A stretch of 54,448 nt of DNA, from positions 1-54,448 of IMG/VR virus record IMGVR_UViG_3300045988_021759; one strand, given 5' to 3'. The DNA is from a virus. Both the position numbers and the translations under genes were made by a program. The notes below the pieces were generated by a model, which did not search any database, had not been told where the DNA came from, and saw only the letters and a program-made list of their open reading frames with translations. Below, piece after piece: positions 26,434-34,349 of the stretch (position 1 is the stretch's first letter; each line of letters begins with the position of its first letter).

Positions 26434-27644
26434 TCGTTTTGTCCTCCAATGGGCGATTTGTGCGCAGCCTCGCGGGCGGCTGCTTGTGAACGTCGTGCAA
26501 CATACAGCCGGTCATTCAGCGGCTTCAGGCTGTTTTCCCGGCAGAACCGCTCATAGTCCGCCGTATGCTTTTTCAGCCTTGCCGATGCTCTGGCCGCTTT
26601 ATCCTCCAGAGCCGCCCGCAGAGCGTCGTCTGTGGAGTTTTCGGCTGCTGCCTGATAACCTGCCATCTCGACCTTTTCACGCCGGATTCGGGCTTCTTTG
26701 GCTCGCTGCTCCTGCGTGAGGTCGTAGACCCTGCGGTTCTCTTCCTCGTCGAAGTTCTGAAAAGGGTTGTGGTTTGGGTCGCCGGGGCCGAAGCTGTGGC
26801 GGCAGTTGTAGCCGCCCAAACCCTCGTCGGTTCCATAGCCGGTCGCCTCAACGAAGAGCGGGAGGCCCGGTGTGCGCCCGGTGCGGCTATACAACTTACC
26901 CTGCCACCAGAAGTGGTTGCCGGGGTTGTGTCCGCCGTCTCCGTAACGTGCGCCACGATGGGCAGATACACGGATGGGGTCCCAATCGTGGTCTATCATG
27001 CCCTGCATGGTCATGTTGCCGGTGGCCTGACTGATACCAGTGCGGACAGCTCGCAGAACTGCCGTTTCGATGGTGTCACGATGGCCGGTCGGATAGACAA
27101 CGTGCGTCTGGTGTTTCGCCAGCTCGTCCACGCCCTCCTGTACTGCCGCCGTGTAGGACTGAGCGCCGGTAATGACCTTGAAATGCGCTTCATCCAGTAC
27201 CTTGAAAAGCCGCTTCTGCGACGCACTGGCCGTTGTGCGGGTGAAGTTGTGCGCTTCGCCCTGTGTCCGTGTGTAGGCGTCTTGCAAGATGCTCACCATG
27301 CGGCTGGACAGAGCCAAAGGCTGCACGTCGTGACCGGCTGCTGCATAGACAGCACAGTCGGCAGCCCACGCCTTGACCGCCGCATCCTCAAAGATGGCCG
27401 CGATTTCGGCGTCAGACTGCTTCGTGAACAGTTTCAGCTTCTTTTGCAGTTCCTCCAGATGGCCGCCCGCTGCTTGGTATACCTCGGTCTGCCACCGGTC
27501 TGTCCCAGACAGTACAGCGTCCTCTCCGCGGCCCAGACGTGCCATGAAGCGCCGTATCATGTCCAGCGTTATCCACCGGTTGAGGTCGTCCAGCGCCGGA
27601 TACAGCGTTTCCGCAAGCTCTGTGATCTGCTGCGGTGTCAGCAT
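26430..27644 (-). CDS. Head morphogenesis / minor capsid protein (SPP1 gp7 / Mu F-like)
   Basis: Directly follows the portal gene. VSAHRGARYGDGGH...GYNCRHSFGPG region. Confidence 0.7.
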   Translation of the reverse strand: MLTPQQITELAETLYPALDDLNRWITLDMIRRFMARLGRGEDAVLSGTDRWQTEVYQAAGGHLEELQKKLKLFTKQSDAEIAAIFEDAAVKAWAADCAVYAAAGHDVQPLALSSRMVSILQDAYTRTQGEAHNFTRTTASASQKRLFKVLDEAHFKVITGAQSYTAAVQEGVDELAKHQTHVVYPTGHRDTIETAVLRAVRTGISQATGNMTMQGMIDHDWDPIRVSAHRGARYGDGGHNPGNHFWWQGKLYSRTGRTPGLPLFVEATGYGTDEGLGGYNCRHSFGPGDPNHNPFQNFDEEENRRVYDLTQEQRAKEARIRREKVEMAGYQAAAENSTDDALRAALEDKAARASARLKKHTADYERFCRENSLKPLNDRLYVARRSQAAAREAAHKSPIGGQNE

Positions 27645-27663
27645 GGAGCAGCCCCCCTTCCGG

Positions 27664-29058
27664 TTATTCCTCGTCGAACAGGCCCTTTTCCTTTTCGGCT
27701 GCTTTGGCTTCTGCGACCACCTTTTTTGCCTCTTCCTCGCTCATACCCTCGAACTTGGTGAAGTACAGCCAGAGTGGAATCCAGCCCTGCGAGGCGTAAT
27801 TTTTCCAGCTGGCCTTGTCCTCTTCGTAGTTATAGGTGATGTCGCCGAAGTTGTAGGTGGTTTCGTACTCGCCAATCGGTGCAGCTCCCAGCAGGGTTGT
27901 AAGAGCGTCTGCGCCCTTGATGGCCTGTTCGATTGCGCTACGCAGAGCGTCGCGGTCTGCCTTGATGGTCTGGATGGTGTCGCGGTCGTCGCTTTCCACC
28001 TGTGTGGCCGTAATCATGCCGGTCTGGCCGTCCATGACAAAGACGCCCTCGCTGAAGCCGCATTTGACACCGGCCATGGACAGGTCGAAGTTGATGTCCT
28101 TGATGCGGGCATCGGTCAGCATGGTGGGGACGTGTTCGGTGACGGCCTTTCCGTCGTCGTTCACGCCAGCGCCCAGCGCCTTGATAAAGCGCGGCAGCTG
28201 CACGTTTCGGTTCTTGGCGTACTGGACAGCCGCCTGACCAACAAACGTGATGTGCTTGCTGTCTGCGACCTCCCCGTTCTTTCTGCTGAGGGCAACATCC
28301 AGCGCCTCCAGCTCCGGCAGCGCATTTGCAAAGGCAGACACACCCAGCGGGGAAGAAGGGTCGATGGTGTTTGCGCCGGGCAGCCGGAAGAATGCGAACA
28401 GCGGAGCTTCCAGCTGCTCGATCTGTGTCTCAGGCTGCATCTCCGCCCACTCGTCAACCTCTGTCAGTGGGATTTCAGTGCCAAGGGTATACTGGCCGTT
28501 GCTCATTGAACGATTGAGGAACGCCTTGTTCGTAATCAGATACAGCCCATCTTTGAACCGGTGGTACTCCAGCCGGGTGTAATGGTCGAAGCCGTGCGTG
28601 ATGTACTCAGCGAAGATTGCGCCCACGATGTTGCCGTTGCCGTCCTGTTTGGTGATGCCAAACTCTCCCGGCAGGTGGAAGTCCCAGCTGGAGCCGTTCC
28701 ACTTGATGGCGATACCGCCCATGCGCTCGGCGTCTGCTACCTTATCGGGCAGCCGCTTGATAAGATCATCGCAAATGCCCTGCAAGTAGTCGGCCCGGGG
28801 CGAGCCGGACAGCGCAACACCGAGGTCGAGGCAGACAAGCCGCGCCCGGTAGTCGCTGATGTGCTTTCCCATGTTGTAGGTGCGGATGTCGTCGTCCGGG
28901 TTGCGCCACGGCGGGCGCTCAGACGAAACATTGTCCCACAGCTCCAGCGCTGCGTTCATCTCGGAGGACTGAATCAGCTCCACGCCGAAGGTCTTTCCGA
29001 TGTCGGTACGAATAAACATAGATTTTATCCTCCCCCATAAGCGGGAAATGAAACTCAC
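27664..29058 (-). CDS. Portal protein (SPP1 gp6-like)
   Basis: 464 aa, follows terL. GTG start with AAGGGGGTG SD. Confidence 0.8.
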   Translation of the reverse strand: MSFISRLWGRIKSMFIRTDIGKTFGVELIQSSEMNAALELWDNVSSERPPWRNPDDDIRTYNMGKHISDYRARLVCLDLGVALSGSPRADYLQGICDDLIKRLPDKVADAERMGGIAIKWNGSSWDFHLPGEFGITKQDGNGNIVGAIFAEYITHGFDHYTRLEYHRFKDGLYLITNKAFLNRSMSNGQYTLGTEIPLTEVDEWAEMQPETQIEQLEAPLFAFFRLPGANTIDPSSPLGVSAFANALPELEALDVALSRKNGEVADSKHITFVGQAAVQYAKNRNVQLPRFIKALGAGVNDDGKAVTEHVPTMLTDARIKDINFDLSMAGVKCGFSEGVFVMDGQTGMITATQVESDDRDTIQTIKADRDALRSAIEQAIKGADALTTLLGAAPIGEYETTYNFGDITYNYEEDKASWKNYASQGWIPLWLYFTKFEGMSEEEAKKVVAEAKAAEKEKGLFDEE

Positions 29059-29078
29059 AGCAGTTCACCCCCTTTCCA

Positions 29079-30341
29079 TCATGCAATGTACTTCAGCTCT
29101 GCGCGGAGGGCCGTGCGGCAGAAGTAGCGTATCATATCCATGCTGTGGTCGAACTCTTTGATAACAGCATCCTCGCCAGATTCTTCGTCCCACGAATACT
29201 GGTCAAATTCTTTGAACGTCTCCTTGCAGCTCTCATGGAACAGCAAAAGGCCCATGTTTAGGTACTTCGTCACGTCCTGAATGCCGTTCAGAACGTCGTT
29301 GTCAGCCCTCACCACAAGCCATTCTGCATACTTTTCAATGGTTTCTATCATGGACGACGCCGAAGGGTCGATGATGATATACTCGATTTTGATGTCGCCA
29401 ATCAGCTTCTTCAGCAGCCTGTAATAGCCCTCGTTGTCAGTACGGTTTGCGCTGCCTCCACGGTAGTACAGCTCGCGTATCATGATAGCCTTATGGCTCA
29501 CCGGGTCGAAATCCCATAGGCCAGCAGCAAACGGATTGACCGTGCCGTAGTCGATGGAAACATAGTACCGGTGGCGGGAGCTGTACGGAATGACGCCTTT
29601 GACGACGTGCTTTTCCATCGAGAACATGGGATAGACAAGGCCCTCGGCCATTTTGCGTTGGCCCAGAATGTCGCGGGCATACCAGACACTTTTCCGGTCA
29701 TACGTTGACAGCACAGCCCGGAGCTGGTCGTCCGATATGCTCATATTGTCCGCGATGGTGAAATGGCCGTAGTTCAAGCCGTACTTCGGGTTCGCTTTGA
29801 GCTTTTCTTCGTGGAAGTTCAAGACATCCTGATAGTACCAGTGAGCCTCGGCTTTCGGGTTCAGGTCGTGAAATATCTTTCGGTCGGGGCTGGACAGGGT
29901 ACGGTCGAAAACCTCTTGGATGAAGATTTTGCTGCACTCGTTGGCCTCGGTGATGTAGGCCGTGCCGTAGGTGTTGCCCTTAATGAGCTTTTCATCGCCA
30001 GCCTTGCCGCCGCCGGAGATCAGCACGACCTTTTCACCGGTCGCCGTCTGGATATACAGGCAATCGCGGTTCTGGTACACGCCCTCCCGGCAGCGTCCTT
30101 CAAAGTAGTTTTTCAGGCCGAAGCCGTCACAGTCCAGAATGTTCAGCCGCGCCGTGGCCGTGGACACGCCCGCAATCAGGTGTATTCTGCTTGGATGCTT
30201 CTCCAGAATGGTGCAATACGCCATGGTGATAAGGACGTTCTTACCGCCACGCTTGCCGCCCTCTGCCACGTTGAACCAGTGGTCGAAGCAGTCCCAGAAG
30301 AAACGCATCTGGTTTTCAGAAAAAGGTGCGGGAATGTTCAT
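29079..30341 (-). CDS. terL: Terminase large subunit (PBSX/Terminase_3-like)
   Basis: Walker A-like AEGGKRGGKN, size 420 aa, ATGA overlap with terS. Confidence 0.85.
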   Translation of the reverse strand: MNIPAPFSENQMRFFWDCFDHWFNVAEGGKRGGKNVLITMAYCTILEKHPSRIHLIAGVSTATARLNILDCDGFGLKNYFEGRCREGVYQNRDCLYIQTATGEKVVLISGGGKAGDEKLIKGNTYGTAYITEANECSKIFIQEVFDRTLSSPDRKIFHDLNPKAEAHWYYQDVLNFHEEKLKANPKYGLNYGHFTIADNMSISDDQLRAVLSTYDRKSVWYARDILGQRKMAEGLVYPMFSMEKHVVKGVIPYSSRHRYYVSIDYGTVNPFAAGLWDFDPVSHKAIMIRELYYRGGSANRTDNEGYYRLLKKLIGDIKIEYIIIDPSASSMIETIEKYAEWLVVRADNDVLNGIQDVTKYLNMGLLLFHESCKETFKEFDQYSWDEESGEDAVIKEFDHSMDMIRYFCRTALRAELKYIA

Positions 30342-30850
30342 TCTTCAAAGTCCTTGATGTCGCGGTTGGGTAACGGATGCTGCAACAGGTCTGCGAGGGT
30401 CTGCATATCGGTGTTCTGGGCCTCGGTCGTGTTCTCTTGCGGTTTGTCTTTCCACTTCTCTGGCCGCCGGTTCTTCAGGTAGAAAATCTGGGCCGTCACG
30501 TTGGCCGGGACGACGACCTGCTCTTCCGCGTACTCGATACGCTCTTCCTCCAGTCTCTTTTTGCCGTCCACTTTGACGGTTTTCAGTTTGAAAGGCTTCT
30601 TGACGGTCACGGTGCGGGTCTTGCAGCTCTCGAACAGCTCATTCTCCACAATGTAGTCCGCGACGTCCTTGCCCTTTTTTAGTGCTTCCGAAAATTCGGG
30701 AAATTTGTTTTTCCATTCGCAGAGGGTCGATACTGAGCAGCCTATATTCGCGGCAATCTGCTTGTCTTTGAGGCCATCTCTTGCCCATCCACGAAGCAGC
30801 GTCAGCCCTTCAGGCTCTAGCCACTGCTCATACTTACCTTTGCGGCCAAT
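30338..30850 (-). CDS. terS: Terminase small subunit, proposed non-canonical AUU start (canonical GTG at 30649 would delete the HTH)
   Basis: In-frame codons upstream of 30649 encode IGRKGKYEQWLEPEGLTLLRGWARDGLKDKQIAANIGCSVSTLCEWKNKFPEFSEALKKGKD, a terS-type HTH. GGAGGTG sits 7 nt before ATT at 30850. Confidence 0.6.
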   Translation of the reverse strand: MGRKGKYEQWLEPEGLTLLRGWARDGLKDKQIAANIGCSVSTLCEWKNKFPEFSEALKKGKDVADYIVENELFESCKTRTVTVKKPFKLKTVKVDGKKRLEEERIEYAEEQVVVPANVTAQIFYLKNRRPEKWKDKPQENTTEAQNTDMQTLADLLQHPLPNRDIKDFEE

Positions 30851-30856
30851 CGGAAC

Positions 30857-31321
30857 TCACCTCCAGATACTTTCGATGCGCTTGCCAACCAGCTTATACA
30901 GCACAGCGCCAAGCAGAAGAGAAATGCCCTCGCCAGCTGCGACGCACACAGCGTTCAGCAGGAACGGAGAGCCGTACACGATGGACAGTTCTGCGCCGAC
31001 CACAATGCCGTTGAACACGGTGCCGAACAGGATAGTCGGGACAACCTTGCCGCTCCTGCGGGCGAACGTGCCAACAATGAGGTTCGCAAGGGAGCCGACG
31101 ATCACGTCCAGAATGCCCAGCGGAGAGGTCAGGTTTGCCAGTGCGCAGCCGAGGGTATAGCCGTAGACGGCAAAGGTGTTGTGCATACAGAACAGCAGGA
31201 TAACCTCCGAAATGCGGCACTGTACCTGCCCATAACTCAGCGGGGCGATTGCCACGCAGAGAACATAATAAATGGCCGCAGTCATGGCGGCATAAGCGAG
31301 GGACTTCATATTACTGCGCAT
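30857..31321 (-). CDS. queT: QueT-family queuosine-precursor transporter (ECF S-component-like membrane protein)
   Basis: AIAPLSYGQVQCRISEVILLF and GCALANLTSPLGILDVIVGSLANLI match QueT signature regions. Multi-TM, 154 aa. Confidence 0.75.
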   Translation of the reverse strand: MRSNMKSLAYAAMTAAIYYVLCVAIAPLSYGQVQCRISEVILLFCMHNTFAVYGYTLGCALANLTSPLGILDVIVGSLANLIVGTFARRSGKVVPTILFGTVFNGIVVGAELSIVYGSPFLLNAVCVAAGEGISLLLGAVLYKLVGKRIESIWR

Positions 31322-31323
31322 AA

Positions 31324-32100
31324 TCAGTACCCCCCCCCCAGAGATTTTTTCAGTCTGGCGGTCGTGGTGAACCAGTAGTTTTCATAGTATTCCTGCATCT
31401 TCATTGCCTCCTTGTATGCAGCTTCCCACTGGCGTTGGCGCATGACAGCGCGTTCCGCAGTGGTCTTTTCGTTTTTTAGCTTTCGGCCTCCCAAACGGCC
31501 ATATAGGACACCCTGTGTCCACGAAGAGCTGTCCACATAGTCAAAGGGAACTTTCTTCAGCACATCCTGCCGTGTCATGCCCAGACAATGAACGCGGCAG
31601 CTGTGCTGCCACGCTATCTTTAGGAATTGTGCATATTGGTGGTCCTTGATGTCCTCGTTCTTGAAACCGGTGATAGCAACGACCTTGCCGCTGTACTCTT
31701 CGCACATCCGGTAGAAGTCCTCAATTCCGCGTCCCTTGTGCCAGACAGGAATAATCTTGTCTGTTTCCTGTTCAAGCCGTCTGCGCAGTTTTATGACGCG
31801 CTCAAGCCCTATCACCTTGTCCACGTCCATCTCGAAATAGCCCACTATCTTGTCGCAGTCGTTTTCCCGGATGAAACGCGCATAGGATTCGGTGTATTCC
31901 TCCCAGTCCAGTTTTGTCTTACCCTTCTGGAAGGTATGAGCGCCGGAATCTATCATGATGCGCTCGCTTTGCTCAATAATGCCCTGCGCTCTTTTGGGGT
32001 TCTTCGGGATGTAGTAGTAGGACATCAGGTTGTAGTGCATCGAGCCGAGTTCATCCAGACGAGCGTTGTTGTTCTCCAGCGCACTGAGGAAAATTTTCAC
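31324..32100 (-). CDS. dpdA: DpdA-like DNA (7-deaza)guanine transglycosylase (TGT superfamily)
   Basis: IMIDSGAHTFQ (compare TGT DSGGFQ) and PFDYVDSSSW (second catalytic Asp region). 258 aa. GTG start overlapping the ParB-like stop. Confidence 0.6.
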   Translation of the reverse strand: MKIFLSALENNNARLDELGSMHYNLMSYYYIPKNPKRAQGIIEQSERIMIDSGAHTFQKGKTKLDWEEYTESYARFIRENDCDKIVGYFEMDVDKVIGLERVIKLRRRLEQETDKIIPVWHKGRGIEDFYRMCEEYSGKVVAITGFKNEDIKDHQYAQFLKIAWQHSCRVHCLGMTRQDVLKKVPFDYVDSSSWTQGVLYGRLGGRKLKNEKTTAERAVMRQRQWEAAYKEAMKMQEYYENYWFTTTARLKKSLGGGY

Positions 32101-32630
32101 TCATTGCCGTTTTGTGCATCGCCAGTGACTCCTTCAAATTTTTTGAATTTTGCTTTGAGGTCGATGTGGCCGCAGCAGGGGCAAATCAGCCTTTCGTCAT
32201 GCGGTTCATCGTACTCACTGCGCAGGTCGGTGGAATCATCAAAGATGTCCTCCGGGGCCTCACTGTCGAAGTTGAAGTCGAAGTCTCCGAAATCCACCTC
32301 CGCGAGTTCCTGCTCCAGCTTGGAGAAATCCCAGCCGGTCATCTCGCCGGTCTTGTTGGCGAGGATGCGGTATTTCTGCTTCTGCTCTTCCGTCAGGCCG
32401 GTGTAGCGCACCACGTCGGCCATGTCCACATGGAGCTGCATCAGAGCGAGGCGGCGGGTATGGCCGCTCAGAATGACGTTGTTTTCGTCCACCTCGATGG
32501 GGTCAAGTGCGCTGCACTGGCGCATACTTTCCGCGCAGGCGTTCACGGCTTCCGGGGAGATCACGCGCGGGTTGTTCTCATACGGCACAAGGTCCGCGAC
32601 CGGCAGTTTCATCAATTCCTTGGTAATCAT
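32097..32630 (-). CDS. ParB N-terminal-domain (ParB-like nuclease/NTPase) protein with C-terminal CxxC..H tail
   Basis: YENNPRVISPE and ILSGHTRRLA motifs. AAGGAGGG SD. First gene of the late operon. Confidence 0.75.
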   Translation of the reverse strand: MITKELMKLPVADLVPYENNPRVISPEAVNACAESMRQCSALDPIEVDENNVILSGHTRRLALMQLHVDMADVVRYTGLTEEQKQKYRILANKTGEMTGWDFSKLEQELAEVDFGDFDFNFDSEAPEDIFDDSTDLRSEYDEPHDERLICPCCGHIDLKAKFKKFEGVTGDAQNGNE

Positions 32631-32660
32631 GCTACCCTCCTTAGAAAATTTCGGATGACC

Positions 32661-32713
32661 ACAAAATGAAACAGAGGGTTGTCCGTTGCTGGACAGCCCT
32701 CTGTTTTTGTTTT
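32661..32713. terminator. Very strong (14-bp stem) bidirectional intrinsic terminator between tRNA-Lys and the late operon
   Basis: Stem acagagggttgtcc/ggacagccctctgt, with T-runs on both strands. Confidence 0.8.
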
Positions 32714-32788
32714 GGTGCGCCCGGTGGGACTTGGACCCACGGCTTCAGGATTAAAAGTCCTGTACTCTACCAACTGAGCTACGAGCGC
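32713..32788 (-). tRNA. tRNA-Lys (anticodon UUU), 76 nt with encoded CCA; T-loop has C at position 55
   Basis: GCGCTCG-TA-GCTC-AGTTGGTA-GAGT-A-CAGGA-CTTTTAA-TCCTG-AAGCC-GTGGG-TCCAAGT-CCCAC-CGGGCGC-A-CCA folds as a cloverleaf. Confidence 0.8.
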
Positions 32789-32793
32789 ATGAT

Positions 32794-32862
32794 AGCCGCC
32801 TTTCGGAATCTAACCCTCCGTGGCTACTCCCACGAATGCGCTCCACGTTGCGCTAGGGCGGC
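32794..32862 (-). ncRNA. Degenerate tRNA-like element (69 nt; GUA in a 6- or 8-nt anticodon loop)
   Basis: Acceptor GCCGCC/GGCGGC and a good D-arm GCGC-AACGTGGA-GCGC. Stem CGTGG/CCACG has loop GAGTAG. The T-arm is poor (GGTTAGATTCC). Confidence 0.35.
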
Positions 32863-32869
32863 ATATAAT

Positions 32870-33002
32870 AGCCGATGGCTGGACTTGAACCAGCACCACA
32901 AGAGTTTCAATCCATCCGGGGACAGGCCGGACAGGGCCGCTCTTGCGTATCGTCAATGTGACCCGCCTTAACTGGGCGGCGCTCTGCTTGAGCTACAACG
33001 GC
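32870..33002 (-). ncRNA. Aberrant 133-nt tRNA-like gene (anticodon loop CAGUUAA, about 66-nt insertion before a canonical T-arm)
   Basis: GCCGTTG...CATCGGC acceptor (one T-T mismatch). CCGCC-CAGTTAA-GGCGG arm. Insertion closed by CAAGAG/CTCTTG. T-arm GCTGG-TTCAAGT-CCAGC. No encoded CCA. Confidence 0.4.
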
Positions 33003-33149
33003 ATATAAAAGGCCCCTTGCTGCGATGGTCGGTCGCAGTTCAGGGCGCAGGGGTTGGACGCACACACCAGCGGAATACACGCGCACCGCCTAAGCGTTCC
33101 GGGGCCTCCGGGCAGCTGTTATAGGAGGAAAATCATGTCGGATGGTATG

Positions 33150-33205
33150 CAAAGCCGTCAAAAGAGAAAAAGAAAGGAAAATGCGCTGCGCTTGGGAAAC
33201 GCAGC
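33150..33205 (-). terminator. Intrinsic terminator upstream of the tRNA-like array
   Basis: Stem gctgcg/cgcagc (33185..33205), followed on the minus strand by GCATTTTCCTTTCTTTTTCTCTTTTG. Confidence 0.65.
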
Positions 33206-33334
33206 AGCTCCCGGTGACTGATTAGATCATGCGTCCACTTCCGCCGACGGGGTGGCGGGTATTGGTGCAGATGGGCGGAATCAGACCGCCACGGCGTTCA
33301 CCTGCTGTTCGCACCGTCATTTCCTGCATCCACA

Positions 33335-33379
33335 CATAAAAGCGAAGAAGCAGCGGGGAGTGACGTGCTGCTCTGCTTC
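33335..33379 (-). terminator. Candidate intrinsic terminator downstream of the late-regulator gene
   Basis: Stem gaagcag/ctgcttc, followed on the minus strand by TTCGCTTTTATG. Confidence 0.4.
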
Positions 33380-33503
33380 TCCTCTTGTTAGCGCCGTGCC
33401 GCAATGCGCGGTTGCGCTTGTAATAAGCATACTCGCAAGGCATGGTAACGGCAATGTATGCTCGTGTCGAAAATTCAGTGCTTTGCTTTGTGCATTTTGC
33501 GCA

Positions 33504-34034
33504 TCATGCACTATCCCTCGTAATGTTGGGCCAGATTTCAGCCAGCGCTTCCAGCCCGTTCTTCAGGCCATTGGCAACGGTTTTTACTGACACATCGTAT
33601 TCTTCGGCGACGTTCTCGTAGGTTTTGAGCTTGAAATAGCCGTCCTTGTCCGTGGTCTCGCAGTCGATGTAATAGCTGCGCAGGTAGTCCGCAATGCGGA
33701 TGCTGTACCCATCTTCGGCGTATACGATGCAGAAAACGCGGGAGATGGCCTCCATGCGGCGCTTCACCAGTTCCGTTTCCATGTGGTTCAGCTTGCGGAT
33801 TTCCGCGTCCCTGTCGCACACAACTTCCAGAATCTTATCTCCGTTGCCGGATGCCATCGGCATTCCGTTCAAGTTCTGCGTGATATGCGTTGCAGCGTCC
33901 CGCAGACGGGCGACCTTTTCACGCTGGTTGTGGATGGCTTCAGCCATATTTCGGCAACTCTGAAACCACTTTTTCACTTCTTCTGTATCAAGAATCCCTT
34001 TGGGTTCCCATGCTCTCCATGCCCTAATCTCCAT
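33504..34034 (-). CDS. Putative late-gene transcriptional regulator (sigma-70 region-4-like C-terminal HTH; ArpU/RinA-type position)
   Basis: YENVAEEYDVSVKTVANGLKNGLEAL HTH. Last gene before the packaging module. ATG at 34034 with AAGAGGGG SD. Confidence 0.55.
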   Translation of the reverse strand: MEIRAWRAWEPKGILDTEEVKKWFQSCRNMAEAIHNQREKVARLRDAATHITQNLNGMPMASGNGDKILEVVCDRDAEIRKLNHMETELVKRRMEAISRVFCIVYAEDGYSIRIADYLRSYYIDCETTDKDGYFKLKTYENVAEEYDVSVKTVANGLKNGLEALAEIWPNITRDSA

Positions 34035-34069
34035 ATACACCCCTCTTTCTGTCTCCGGCTGCGGGCCGG

Positions 34070-34333
34070 TCACTTTGCGCCAAAGACTTCCCGCAGCGCG
34101 TCGCTGATTTCCCGCAGCGCGTCGCTGAGGGTTTTGCAGGTCTTTGCGGGCCGCACCTGAACGCTCTTTCCGGCGGACTTACCAATGGCCTCCGCGATGT
34201 CCTGTGCCAGCTTTTCCGGCACGAAGTTCTCCGCGTCAACGCGAATCTGGCAGTCAGGCGCGGGCATATTCTTTTCCAGCTCTGCCACGCGGCGTTCCAG
34301 CTGCCGGATGCGGCGGTTTTCTCTTTTACTCAT
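34070..34333 (-). CDS. Hypothetical coiled-coil protein containing a 21-bp tandem duplication
   Basis: ATG at 34333 with AAGGAG SD. ttcccgcagcgcgtcgctga occurs twice (34088..34128) and encodes SDALREISDALRE. Confidence 0.55.
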   Translation of the reverse strand: MSKRENRRIRQLERRVAELEKNMPAPDCQIRVDAENFVPEKLAQDIAEAIGKSAGKSVQVRPAKTCKTLSDALREISDALREVFGAK

Positions 34334-34349
34334 GTGGTAGCTCCTTTCG

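Noticed and set aside
30338-30649. terS annotated from the first canonical start (GTG at 30649, 103 aa)
   Set aside because: That start would remove the conserved N-terminal HTH, which is encoded in frame immediately upstream and preceded by a well-spaced SD. The longer AUU-initiated model is preferred but remains unproven.
33135-33221. 28-aa + strand ORF (MSDGMQSRQKRKRKENALRLGNAAAPGD) preceded by AGGAGG
   Set aside because: It lies on the opposite strand to all neighbouring transcription. It overlaps the minus-strand terminator and T-tract. It is short, basic and low-complexity, so it is probably a chance ORF.
33222-33443. 73-aa minus-strand ORF in the gap between the late-regulator gene and the tRNA-like array
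   Set aside because: It has no SD, is Arg-rich with an odd composition, and is riddled with GC hairpins and terminator-like structures. The region is better read as structured non-coding RNA.
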